Below are positions 11,131 through 22,934 of a stretch of 64,000 bases of DNA, one piece after another. Within the stretch, counting starts at the first letter, position 1; every line of letters begins with the position of its first letter. The notes beneath the pieces were generated by a model that saw nothing but the letters and a program-made list of their open reading frames with translations, was not told where the DNA came from and did no database searches. Both the position numbers and the translations under genes were made by a program. This stretch comes from Harriotta raleighana (lineage: Eukaryota): the NCBI GenBank assembly GCA_050575255.1, contig JBNZDD010013669.1, forward strand, positions 3,082,589-3,146,588. The letters are read 5' to 3'.

Positions 11131-13320
11131 ATTAAGATTATTTTACACATTGTGTAAACACAAAAAAAGTTTTAATCCTGAACATTTCAAATACTGTAGT
11201 AGAAAAAATTGCAAAGTTAACATTTTCAGCAAGTAGGGCTCTGGGCTGGTTTCAGTAAAGCTTTGAGAATGATAATCAAAAAGATACTCATGCAGGATTT
11301 TATACATGTTATGTGTGTTGTGCTAGATCAAAGATGCATCACATGGTTACCAAAACATATTCCAATTGATAGAGAGCATCTATCTTTTGAAATCAAAATT
11401 GTACAAAGCTGCAATTTAACACCACTTCAAAGTACTGTATAAGGTTATTAGATGCATTTATTCTCATCAGGAAGTGGAAAGTTTATCTTGTAATCAGAGG
11501 TAGTCATATTTTGTCATGGATCCAGAATCCAGGCACACTAAGTCTCCAAGCTAAGGTGACTGCGTGATATTAGTACTCAATACTAACAAAAAATACTAGT
11601 GCCCCACATTAGTTGGATCCAGAGTTTCATATCCACCATTTTTTCCAGATTAAAACCGAGGACTGAAAGGAAGTTGAGCACTATACTGATGTGGAGTCAT
11701 TTCCTACGAAGAGCCCTGAGTCAGCTATTCAGTTCTATAAGTCATTTACGATTTTGCGGTGTATTTATCTGGAGTCTGGGAGCAGCCTGGGCTTCTGATC
11801 CAAATCAGGAGTGTGAGCAGAGAAGGGAGGGAGAATGGGGAAGTGCAACTGTAGATCTGAGGGCACACAAGTCACTGTTAGCTTGTGGACCATATAATGA
11901 GTACTCCTTCCATACATGAAAATGACAATAACCCCATGCACATTATTTCTTCAGACAAATCTCATCTTTATCATACCATCAGTACTGAAACAAAATTCAG
12001 GCTCAACTTATGTCACGATTGCTTTTCCTCATCAAAATGTGGAAGACCTTCCAGTTATATAACTCACCTTCTAAAGAGCAATCATCACTGTACCTTGGAT
12101 ATTTAAACACCAGATTGCTTGCAAGCAGCCTTCAGCATTAGCAGCATGGCTATTCCGAAAAAAGACTTGATTGTGAGAGTCTCTCAATTCATCCATAATT
12201 ATGGTTAATGTGCAGTTGTCAATTAACATTGAGAGAATATGGTTTCAGTATTAGATTTGTTCACATTGGACATAGTTTTTATTCCCCTCTTCCATTTCCT
12301 CCTTTAAATCTTTCTATGCTATGCAGCTTCGCCAGCTGAGAGGTCAGGTTGAACACAAAAACTGTTTCTGACCCAGTGTGAGATACATGAGACTGGGATT
12401 GTACCTCAGAACATTTCCTTGTTCCCTGTGGATTCTGTGCAATTCTTCCACAATGGCACAGTTAAGATTGGAGACTCACCATGCGGGGAATCATGGGGTC
12501 CAGCATCCTACCACTATGCAGTGAAGGATGTTATAATTCCAGCATACTGTGTAACCACATTTTCATCATCAGCCTTTCTTCACATGGAAAGAACTCTTCT
12601 GAGAAAGAACTGAAATCTCAGGCAAATCCCATCTGATCAGTGAAATTTGAATGGAAACTGCAGTTTTTTTTAAAAAAAACTGATCCAGAAAAGCTGTCCA
12701 CCCCATTTCATTCTTTGGAAATTCCCTTGTATTTGTTGGATCAAAATCCTGCATTTCAGTATTTTAAATTATGTTGAAAGTAATTAAAAGAAATTAGAAA
12801 ATGTAACTGCCAGTCTTCATGTTAGATTCTATTAAAATATTCTGTAGTCCTTGTAAAACATTTGTTTTTAGCATTAATTCAATAATTTGGAGAGCAAAAT
12901 AAAGACACACAACCTGTTTAATCTGATGAGATTAAATTGGGATAAATACAGTAGTGCTAAAAAAAACTGGACCAGTTATTGTCCTTTTGGTAATTATAGT
13001 AATTGATTCATACTCACATTTGGTCTATAAATTAAATCTAAGGATGAAAAATTCCTCATCTTCTGAAAAGCATGAATCTGATTACTGGCATGCATCTGAT
13101 TAAGTAGCCTGCTGTGTGGTGAAGGAAGTTTTTCCTGGTCTAATGAAAAGAGTTTCTCACAATATATTAGCTACCAATAGCCCAGATAAAATTGGTCATT
13201 CACTTAATGAATGAGTAAATTACCTACAATATTCACTTACAAAACAGTCACTGTACTTGAGAATAATTCCTGTCAAGCATTTTGAAAAGTCCTCCTAATG
13301 TGAAAAACTATGTGAAGTAG

Positions 13321-13678
13321 TGGAGTCCTGCAGCTCAGTGGTTAGAGCACTGACCTCGCAAGCAAGCGACCTGGGTTCTATTCCCGGCAGGACAAAATTT
13401 GGCCAAGTTTCCTTACATCACACTCCTCTGTTTACCAAGTAGGAACCCGGTTGTTAGTTGATTGGTGGATCGTTTATCCAGCGATAATAACCCATCAAAA
13501 AAAAAAAATTTGGTCTCTCAATCCACAACTGTTTGTGAGACAATGCTGTACACAATTGACTGCTGCATTTCGCCCACAAGTATACCATCAATTCACTTCA
13601 CAGTATATTTTGTGATACACTTTGAGACATCTAGAAGTCATGAAAAGTATCAAATGCAAAATTTATTATTATTATTAT
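13321..13678 (+). mobile_element. tRNA-derived DeuSINE-like SINE (long subfamily)
   Basis: Full head ggagtcctgcagctcagtggttagagc, extra ~65-nt middle block, core and (att)n tail. Confidence 0.88.
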
Positions 13679-13719
13679 AGTAGAAGCCTGTTAAATTGGA
13701 CACATCAGAGATGGCTATT

Positions 13720-16700
13720 TTATCCAGTTTAAGGAGTGCCCAAGCAGAGGAGAGGCCATTAATTTCCCAACCTTCCCTTGGTCTATCCCCCTATTCATCT
13801 GACTGTTTCTCTTCCTTTGAGCATCTCACCCTTGACCATCCCTCCTGTCTCCCTCCCTCAAGATCTTCCAAGTTTACCACCCTCACCTCCTGGCTCTTTT
13901 CTCACTGATATAACTGTGCCTCTGCTCAAAATGTGTAATTTCAACTGTCACCTACACCTACACTCCCCTTGCACCACCTCCTCGGATTTTAATGCCCTCC
14001 TCCCTAAACCTCAACCTCCATATCAACTCGCTGACCAACAACCGTGGCCATTCCCTTGATCTCGTCATCGCACATGGCCTTGACATTTCTGACCTGTCTA
14101 TCACGAACAAGACCATCTTGGACCCTTCCTCATCTTCCTCTCCTCCCACATCTCCCTCCCCTCTTCCAAGCCCTCCACCATTTTTTTTCCATCCCTGGAA
14201 AAAGCTTCCCCTGAATTCCTCACAAATGCCCTCTCTTCCCGGGACCTCCTCTCCCCCTGACCCACAACAATTCGAATCAAGCTGCTGAATACCATCTCTC
14301 TACAAACCTTGAATGCCACAGCTCCTCTGAAATCCAGGGTTGTTTCCAAACCAACCCACTCCCTCTGGTACACCCTCATTCAAAACACAAAGCTCAATCA
14401 ATCAATAATTACATTTATATTGCGCCTTTCACATCAGGAGGACATCCCAAGGCGCTGAACAGTCAGGTAGGGAGCAGAGCAGAGGGGGGAGGGGTCGGGG
14501 GAAGGAGAGTAGGAAAATTGACTGTATATTTGTGGGTGAAATGCAGCAGCCAAATTGCGCACAGCAGTGTCCCACAAACAGTCATGGAAGTGGGGTTAGG
14601 GGAGAAAGGAGGGAAAGATGCCCAGTGGAGGGGGTCGGGCTAGGGGGAAGGAGAGCAGGAAAACTGACTATATTTGTGAGTGAAACGCAGAAGCCAAATT
14701 GCACACAGCAGTGTCCCACAAACAATCGCGGAAGTGGGGCCAGGGGAGAAAGGGGGAAAAGAGGGTAAGAGGGGAGAAGGAGGGAAAGCTCGAGAGCAGA
14801 TGGCAGAAATCTAACCTCACGATTCACCACCAGCTGTGGCTTGAGCACCTCCGCAACTACCACTTCCCTTTCACAGTCAAAGTAATTCTGGAGGCAAACT
14901 GCAATCCAAATACAAAAAAGCCCGTTTATCCGTGACTTGATCAACTGGAACTTCCGTTTAACCAGCAACACAAAAAAGTCCCCATTCGAACAACTGGATC
15001 TTATCCGACACAATCACGGTGGAGCATTTAACGAGTCAATTGTCGCACGAGAGTACAGTACGATTAGTTCTGAATGCTGCCAGCAGTGGCACTTCCGTTT
15101 TTTTTTCTTAAAGCAGCAGTGTCAGTTTTTCCTCTCCTTCTTTTTCTCTCTCTCTCTCCCCCTGCTTCCTTCCTCTCTATCTCTCCCTCTCTTTTTATCT
15201 CTTCCCCTGTCTTTCTTTCCCCCTCTCTCTGACGGATACTAGGTATTGCCTATATAGCCTGACTGTATCGTGGGTTTATACACTGTTTTGGTGGGGGGTG
15301 AGGTGGGAGGAGAGAGGCAGGCAGGGAGAGAGAGGATTGGGGGGGAAAGAGAGGGAGGGGGGGGCGTAAGAGAGAGGAGTGGGAGGGGAAGAAAGAGGTG
15401 GGGGAGAGGAGGGTAGAGAGAGAAGGGGTGAGTTGATTAATTTAGATGGAAAATGAGAGGAGTGGAGGGTAGTTGGGTTTGGAGCCATTGAGATGCCAGA
15501 CTGACAGTGTGTGTATGTGTGAGAGTGTGTGTGAAAGAGAGAGGAGGAAGAAAGAAAAAAAAGGAAAAAAAGACAGGACTGCTTTAAGCCACTAATGTCC
15601 GCCGTTTTAGAAGTTTGCTTTGTGATTGTGTGCTGTGTTTATAGACTGTAATCGATATTTATTGCTTTATTGGTAAGTATCCGTACAATATACTGTTATT
15701 ATTTAGTCTATTATTAATATGTTATGTTTAAAAAAGTTTTTTTTTGTGTTGNGAGGAAGAAAGAAAAAAAAGACAGGACTGCTTTAAGCCACTAATGTCC
15801 GCCGTTTTAGAAGTTTGCTTTGTGATTGTGTGCTGTGTTTATAGACTGTAATCGATATTTATTGCTTTATTGGTAAGTATCCGTACAATATACTGTTATT
15901 ATTTAGTCTATTATTAATATGTTATGTTTAAAAAAGTTTTTTTTTGTGTTGGGTTCTCTTCCGAATATCCGGCATGCCGTTTAACCGGCATTGGCCAGGT
16001 CCCGAGGGTGCCAGATAAACGGGATTTTACTGTACTCTGTTTTCTACCATCCATCTTCTCCTCCATGCCTCCCCTCAAGCCCCCTCTATCCTCGCATCAA
16101 ACGCCAAGGGCGAAGAATATACTCTGAAGTGAATTGATGGTACTGTATATTGAAGGTATATTTGTGGGCGAAATGCAGCATTCAATTGCGTACAGAAGTG
16201 TCCCACAAACAGTAATGGACTGAAGACACCAAACTATTTTTTTGAGGGGTTATTATCGCTGGAAAAGTGATCTGCCATTCAATTAACAACTGCCCACTCC
16301 ATACACTCCTTTGCTCCCATTTCTCCATCCTCCCTCTCAACCACTATCACCGGGATGAAGTGCACCACCTGCTGTCTCTACCCCCTCCCCACCCAGCTGC
16401 TGGCCACTCAACGCTCCTTTTCTCACCAGACTCTGTTCCCCTGAAAACTGCTGTTGTCACATCCCTCCTCAAAAAAAAACCCTCCATCCCTCTCATCTCT
16501 CACACCACCATCCCATCTCCAACCTGCCCTCTTGTCAAAATCCTGGAATGCATTGTTGCAGGTCAACTTCAGTCACACCCTTCCCTCCACTCCCTCTTCA
16601 AGGCCCTTGCAATCTGGTTTTTATCCCACCCACAGCACAGAGAGAGTGCTTGTCAAAGTCACAAACGACATTCTCTCTATCTGTGACCAGTGCTCCCTCT

Positions 16701-16815
16701 GCCTCCTCATCCTCCTGGATCTCTCTGCTATGTTCGACAGTCATTCGTGCTATCCTCGCTTTCTCTGAGACTCTAATCTGCGTGGAAGGCACTATATAAG
16801 TGCAAGTTGTTGTAT
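13720..16815 (+). mobile_element. Fragmented L2-type LINE (endonuclease to RT region) with nested SINE pieces and a MITE
   Basis: RGHSLDLVIAHGL (APE endonuclease end), KSNLTIHHQLWLEHL, LQSGFYPTHSTERVLVKVTNDIL..LILLDLSAMFD (RT start); homologous to 58945-61108. Confidence 0.85.
14913..16032 (-). mobile_element. Tigger-like MITE (same family as 3859 and 17731) inserted into L2
   Basis: TA-caaaaaagcccgtttatcc...gataaacgggattttactg-TA; L2 sequence is contiguous across the insertion; contains an artefactual ~200-bp duplication at N15752. Confidence 0.75.
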
Positions 16816-17730
16816 TTAAATTAGGTAAGAATATAAATGAATTCGGGCAGGGCGATTTATTTAATTTTTCTGACATTTGTCTGAAGCAGATTCCACGGTA
16901 CAAAGATTTTATTTAATAAGAAAATCTCTGCCACATAAAACCAATAATTCAGATTCAGTTTGTCTGTCTCTATTGCCTAAAATAGCACTACCTAAACGGT
17001 CAGTTTTAGTTCAGCAGTCCTCTTTACAAAATATACAGAAAAGCTAATTTAACAGGAAACACAAAACTATCTCAACACTTCTTTTCCTATTTTAAGACTC
17101 CTTAGTAAACTTCTAGATCATATGACAGGTCTTAGAACTACCATTAACAGGTTTTAGTACTATCAACGATAAACTAATCTCAGGAATTGAAATGAACAAT
17201 ATCACTTAATCCATGAATAAAAATCATTTTTTGTTTATTTATACCCTCCTTAGTCATTACGCTATGAAGGTCAAATATTAGCTTTTACTATGGCACCGCA
17301 ATTGAAGAAATTTAGCCTACAACTAAAGGCAAGTATTTTCCACAAGCAATTTAATTGATTAACAACATGAAATAAGTACATTTAAATTAGACGTTATTTC
17401 AAAAACTAGTACAGTATTGCCATGAAAACTCGCTCATTTTGTTTATCTTGGCCTTCATTCCTTTTTTCCCCCTTTACAATTATGGTAACTCAACCTTTAT
17501 CTCTGCTGCCAGCAGCTTCTGTAACTCGCTGCCCACTGGTACCACACAATCTCAACAGTATTCTAAAGGGTTACATATGGCCACTTACTGATGAACAATG
17601 CCTGCAATCAGAACTTATGGTAGCTTTCATCCTATTTATTCTCTCCTGAAATCATAAAATTGTTCGGTTCCCTCACCCATTTCTATTGGTAATATTTGAT
17701 TGAAACAGTAAGGTTTTATTTAACCTAGCA

Positions 17731-18102
17731 CAGTAAAAGCTTCATTATCCGGCACCCTCAGGACCTGACCGGTCCCAGTTAAATATGCCAGATATTCAAG
17801 TGGCAAGTTGCCAAAAATCCTACCCCCAAAATTTACTTATTTTAAAACGTACCATATTAATAATAGATTAAATAATAACAGAAATGTATGGATACATACC
17901 AATAAAGCAATCCAGCACACTCAGTAAAATGATCGGTAAAAAAGTATTGCAGCGTTCGTTAAGTTTAATAAGTACGCATGCGCCACTCATGCGCAAAGTG
18001 AGCATACCACAAGTGTCCCGGATCTCCCAATACAATTGGGAGACACCGACCGGTTGGTTGAGATGCCAGTTAGTTGGGTATCAGATAAACAAGGTTTTAC
18101 TG
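17731..18102 (+). mobile_element. Tigger-like MITE
   Basis: cagtaaaagc...aggttttactg-TA; internal similarity to 3859-4233. Confidence 0.85.
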
Positions 18103-18109
18103 TACCAAT

Positions 18110-18424
18110 AAAATAACGAATCCTTGCATTTGATATAACATTTTTCATGTTTTTTTAGACATCTCAAAGCGTTTCACAGAATATACTGTAAATTAATTGA
18201 CTATATATTTGTGGGCAAAATGCAGCAGCCGATTGCGCACAGCAGTGTCCCACAAAGTTGTGGATTGAAATGACCAATTTTATTATTGTTTTTTTTTGGA
18301 GGGATTATTATTAGACGTGTGGAGTAAGGAAACTTGCCCAAGGTTTCGCCCTAACCTGCCTAAATTCAAACACAGGTCCCATGCTTGTAAGGCAAGTGCT
18401 CTAACCACTGAGCTACAGGACTTG
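18110..18424 (-). mobile_element. tRNA-derived SINE (short subfamily)
   Basis: Full-length reverse-complement match to the family. Confidence 0.88.
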
Positions 18425-18884
18425 TGTCTGCCTTGCTTATTCTGATAGAACTTTGTTGTAACCCAGCTGTCCTTAGCAAAGTTAAAAATACTTTACAAAT
18501 AAACACAAGAAATAACACACGTCAATTTTATTATTTACTTTTATTGATGACCATTAGTGATCATGTTGAAATGAAGAAAGGCTACATCATCTTTTCAGCT
18601 TTAATAACTGAGCACATAGTGGCTCCAAAATATCCTCAACAAGTTAGGATTCATTCACAAATGCATTGCTCAGTATTGCAATTACATGAACTCAAACATT
18701 GTTTCAGACTTTAATATTTTTGTGCTTTGAGATGTTTTGACATCTTAGGCATTATAACAAGTTCAATACAAAACAAATTTACATTGATATAGTGTCTTTC
18801 ATGTTGGAAGGGTTTCTCAACATTTAAAAGTGCTGGATAGAAACCCGAGTTGGGATGGAGACGAGGCGAGTGAGATTATTATTA

Positions 18885-19190
18885 ATACAGTTAGTGCACT
18901 CCCCTCACAACTGAGAGTCCTGGGATTGATAGGGTGAAATGTTGGGCAAGATGCTTACTCCACACAACTCTATTTACCTAGTAGTATTTAGACGATTGCA
19001 AGATTTTAAAAAATAAATTAGTCACTTAAATCCACAAATGATTGTGGGACACTGATGTGTGCAATTCATGCTACGTTTTGTCCACAGAAAATACAGTCAA
19101 TTCGTTTTATAGTATATCCTGTGAAACACTTTGAGATGTCTGAAAGACATTATAAGGTGCTATATCAAATGCAAGGATTGTTATTATTAT
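18885..19190 (+). mobile_element. tRNA-derived SINE, diverged
   Basis: gttagtgcactcccctcaca head remnant, tgtgggacactg core, (att)n tail. Confidence 0.75.
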
Positions 19191-19662
19191 AATGTTGTGT
19201 GATAAATATTAAATTTATTGACTAATATTTTAAACATTATTATGTATTCTAGATTGTTAGAATCCAGACCACAGGTTATCAGGAACAATGCAAACTCCAT
19301 ATTAAAGATGGTACAGTATGTTTACAGGAATGAATGATTTACACTGAAACCTTAGTAGATAATTACTTTATAGTAATCTATAATTAAAATTAATTAATTT
19401 CTCAATGTTATTTCCATATTGAAAAAATTAGTTCTATGAAAAATTCTTTTAAAATATTTCAGATTATAGTAAACTAATATTATAATATTGCAGCACATGC
19501 CTGCTGAAAATCTGGTTTTAATATAATACTGACCACATGATGGAATAAACGCCTGAGTCCTTCATGCTATGTATTAGCTTTATTTCTTATTTTCACCAAC
19601 TGTAGATATCTATAGCATGAAGGTTTTTTTTCCCCAAAAGAATCCAATAAAGAATGCTTTTA

Positions 19663-19717
19663 CAGTAAAACTCACCAGGCCAGGTTCCGTGGGTGCCGGA
19701 TAAACAAGATTTTACTG
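19663..19717. mobile_element. 55-bp internally deleted Tigger-like MITE
   Basis: TA-cagtaaaactc...gattttactg-TA. Confidence 0.75.
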
Positions 19718-19839
19718 TATTACCAATACCAGTAATATATGGTCTATTAGATATACTTCCAGTCGATACTTACAAGGTGCCATTTCAAAACGTTCAGAAT
19801 GCAGTTGGGGCAGGCTAACTGATCTGTCATGTAACTGAG

Positions 19840-20385
19840 TGACTCCCATTCATGCCTTCATCACATCCAGGCTCGACTAAGCCAACACCCTGCTTGTCGG
19901 CCTTCCCAACTCCTCTCTCCATAGACTGCAATCATCCAGAACTTTACGGCTCTTGTCCTCTACCGCTCCAAGACACCATCAACCCCATTCTCGCCCAACT
20001 CCATTGGCTCCCCATCCCCAATTCAAGATCCTGATCCTCATCTTCAAAGCCTGCCATGTCCTTGCCCCACCCTATATCTGCAACCTCTTATGCATCCGCT
20101 CAAAGGGCTCCGGCCTGCTCCATGTCCCCCAACCCACCCAACATCGGTGGGCAAGCCTTCAGCTGCTCTGCCCCTAACCTCTGGAATTCCATCCCACAGT
20201 TCCCTCCGCCTCATTCCCCTCCCTAGCCTCCTTCCAAGTCCAGCCTCATAGCTTCAATGGTTACCCCCAAATCCCCTCCTTTCACTCTATCATCCCCAAT
20301 CCTGACCCCAGCTCGGGTCTGAAACAGCGCCTTGGGACATCTTCCCGATGTGAAAGGCGCTATAAAATGTAATTTTGTTGTTTTG
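19840..20385 (+). mobile_element. L2 LINE 3' fragment
   Basis: PILAQLHWLP..FKILILIFKACH; tail gtgaaaggcgctataaaatgtaattttgttgtt. Confidence 0.85.
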
Positions 20386-20794
20386 TTTTCCACTGTAAGG
20401 AAATTAGTCATACGGTCATCGGTCTGTATGAATTATTTCCAGAGTGGAACCTCAAGCGTACAATTTTAAAACAAATGACATTGTTGACTGAAATCTATTC
20501 TAACTTTTCCTGCCACTAACATTGCTTGGACTAAATGAAGATTCAAATCACAAACCAGTGTTCGTATATGCATACATCTACATATTTAAAAAATTATCTC
20601 TGGTATTGAATACACACTCTTCCTGAAGGGACACACCAGGCTTGCTTAATTCCAAAGTATGCTTAGGCCAGAGTGTGCATTTGGGATTTTGATGAACTAA
20701 ATCTGCAGTTTACCATTAAAAACACTATCTGGCCAGCTAAAACTACCCTAGTCAATGGGCTTGCTTCCGTTGACAGATCTGTTCCACCCAAGTC

Positions 20795-21580
20795 CAACAA
20801 TAAATAACAACAATTGGTCCTTTTAAGTCAGGAGGACATCCCAAGACACTGGACAGATCAGTGATTTGGACCCCAGCAAGACGTTGGGATCAGGAGGAGT
20901 GGAGATTAGGGAGTGGTGGAGGTTAGGAGTAGAAGAGTGGCTGAAGGCATGGTCGAAGAGGAGTGTCCCGAGACGGAGGGACTGTAGAAAGGAGTTGCAG
21001 AGGGTGGGACAGAGAGGTTTCAAGTCCCTGCCTTGCCCCCCCCACAATGTTAGGGGACTTGAATCAAGCCAGATTCTGCTGGGCGGAGGGAGCACACAAT
21101 TTGGCAGGAGGTTAGGAGATCATGGTAGGGAGTAGCAAGGCCTTTGAATGCAATGGACCTGGATCTTGAACTGTATCCTTTGAGTGATGAGGAGCCAGTG
21201 GATCCAGGCAAGGATGGGGGTGATAAGATTCTGGTGTAAGAGAGGGCACAAGCTGCAGAGCTGCTGAATGATCGGCATCCTACAAGAGGGAGGAATTGTG
21301 GAGGCCGACAACAAGAGTCAAGCCTGGATGTAATGAATGCGTGGATGAGGGTCTCAGCTGCCTGAGGTGAGAGACAACGGTGGAGGTGGAATAAGCAGAG
21401 TGGGTAATGGCACAGATGTGTGGGGGGGATGAAGGACACCGTTGAGGGTTGAACAGGATGCTCGGGTTCCGTGAGGTGTGGTTTTGCTCCATTTCGAGCC
21501 GTTCAGTTCCGCGAAGGGCGATGCTGATTAGCGCCCAACGGATGGAGTTGCTGACGGGAGCCAAGCCAGGAGGGCCCCGG
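20795..21580 (-). mobile_element. L2 LINE 3' fragment
   Basis: AAETLIHAFITSRLD; PILAWIHWLLITQRIQFKI. Confidence 0.85.
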
Positions 21581-21599
21581 TCTGTCAGGATATCAGTAC

Positions 21600-22830
21600 G
21601 GTACAAGTGTGGCCTGGATGTTATATTCATGATAATCCTTGCATTTGAAATGACACCTTGTCGCCCCATCTGAAAGCACTTCCCGGGGTTTCGCTGTGAA
21701 GTGCACTGACGGTATTTCGTCGGCAAACCCAGCAGCGGTCTGTGCACAGGAATGTCCCACACAAGCCGCGCTGTGAATGACCAATGCTGTTGCTGTTGTT
21801 GTTGTTGACGCTGAAAGAAAACGCTTTCTGTTTCCAAATAAAGCCGCCGGTTCTTTTAATATACACTTGCAATGGCAACGAGAACAGCTCGATTGATATA
21901 TCGTCCCTCACGCAGGGTAGCGACACTGACGCGACTCATCCGAAGGACTTCTTACAATGTCTATGCCTTACAGGGGCCGGGGGGGGGGGGAGAGGTTATT
22001 TCCAACACACACACACCATAGGGCTCTGGTCAGAGAAACCGAGCCCCGGCCACTTCGCATCCTCGGGGTATTTTTTCCAGCTCCCCCCACCCTCCGGGGC
22101 AGACACGGGTTCAGTCTCGCTCCTGGCCATCCAGTTTCCCCCCCAAACACTGGCCTGGATTGCAGGCCCCGGCTCTCCCTCGCTCTAACCCCCGAATAAC
22201 TTCAACCAGACTCTTACCGGAGCCGAGGCCGGCAGAGCAAGGCCCTCCCGGACACCAGTGAAGCCTGTGGCCGGGGGGGGTCAGGATCCGGGGTCGAGCT
22301 GCTGCTGCTCCTCCTTTAAAGGTCGCCGCCGTTTACAACCAACAAACTGCCCCGTCCCCGACAAAACAACAACACGGGATGCGTGCGTGCGCGTCCNCTG
22401 GCGGAGGGGGGGGGGGGTCAGGATCCGGGGTCGAGCTGCTGCTGCTCCTCCTTTAAAGGTCGCCGCCGTTTACAACCAACAAACTGCCCCGTCCCCGACA
22501 AAACAACAACACGGGATGCGTGCGTGCGCGTCCCCGCCGCTTACAGCCCAGGGATAGCCTGACCNTGTGGCCGGGGGGGGTCAGGATCCGGGGTCGAGCT
22601 GCTGCTGCTCCTCCTTTAAAGGTCGCCGCCGTTTACAACCAACAAACTGCCCCGTCCCCGACAAAACAACAACACGGGATGCGTGCGTGCGCGTCCCCGC
22701 CGCTTACAGCCCAGGGATAGCCTGACCATGTGTGCGCGTCCCCGCCGCCCAACGCCCTCCGATATAGCGCAGCTTGTCATCAGTGTGTGCGCGGGGTCAG
22801 AAGACAGTTGAGGGCGAAAAAAAAATGAGT
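21600..22830 (-). promoter_or_regulatory. INSIG2: CpG island / probable INSIG2 promoter
   Basis: High GC and CpG density upstream of the first coding exon; GC boxes (ccccgcc) and tandem GCGTG motifs. Confidence 0.75.
22218..22730 (-). other. INSIG2: Probable non-coding exon 1 of INSIG2 (length inflated by assembly duplications; 5' end uncertain)
   Basis: Minus-strand donor CCG|gtaaga at 22218/22217 within the CpG island; vertebrate INSIG2 has a non-coding first exon. Confidence 0.6.
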
Positions 22831-22934
22831 GTCTAGTTCAAAAAAACATTTAAACCTGCCCCTATCGAAAACCGTTTCTTACACAGTTTCAAAAGCGCTG
22901 ACCGAAATCAGGCCACTCTGTACCCACAGGAGGC

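Noticed and set aside
15544-15951. ~200-bp tandem duplication
   Set aside because: Joined by a single N (15752); the copies differ only in a purine-run indel, which fits overlapping contig ends or two haplotypes
22266-22727. Three near-identical ~130-160-bp repeats resembling an array in the promoter
   Set aside because: Each junction is a single N (22397, 22565) next to poly-G; an assembly artefact, not a real tandem repeat or CRISPR-like array
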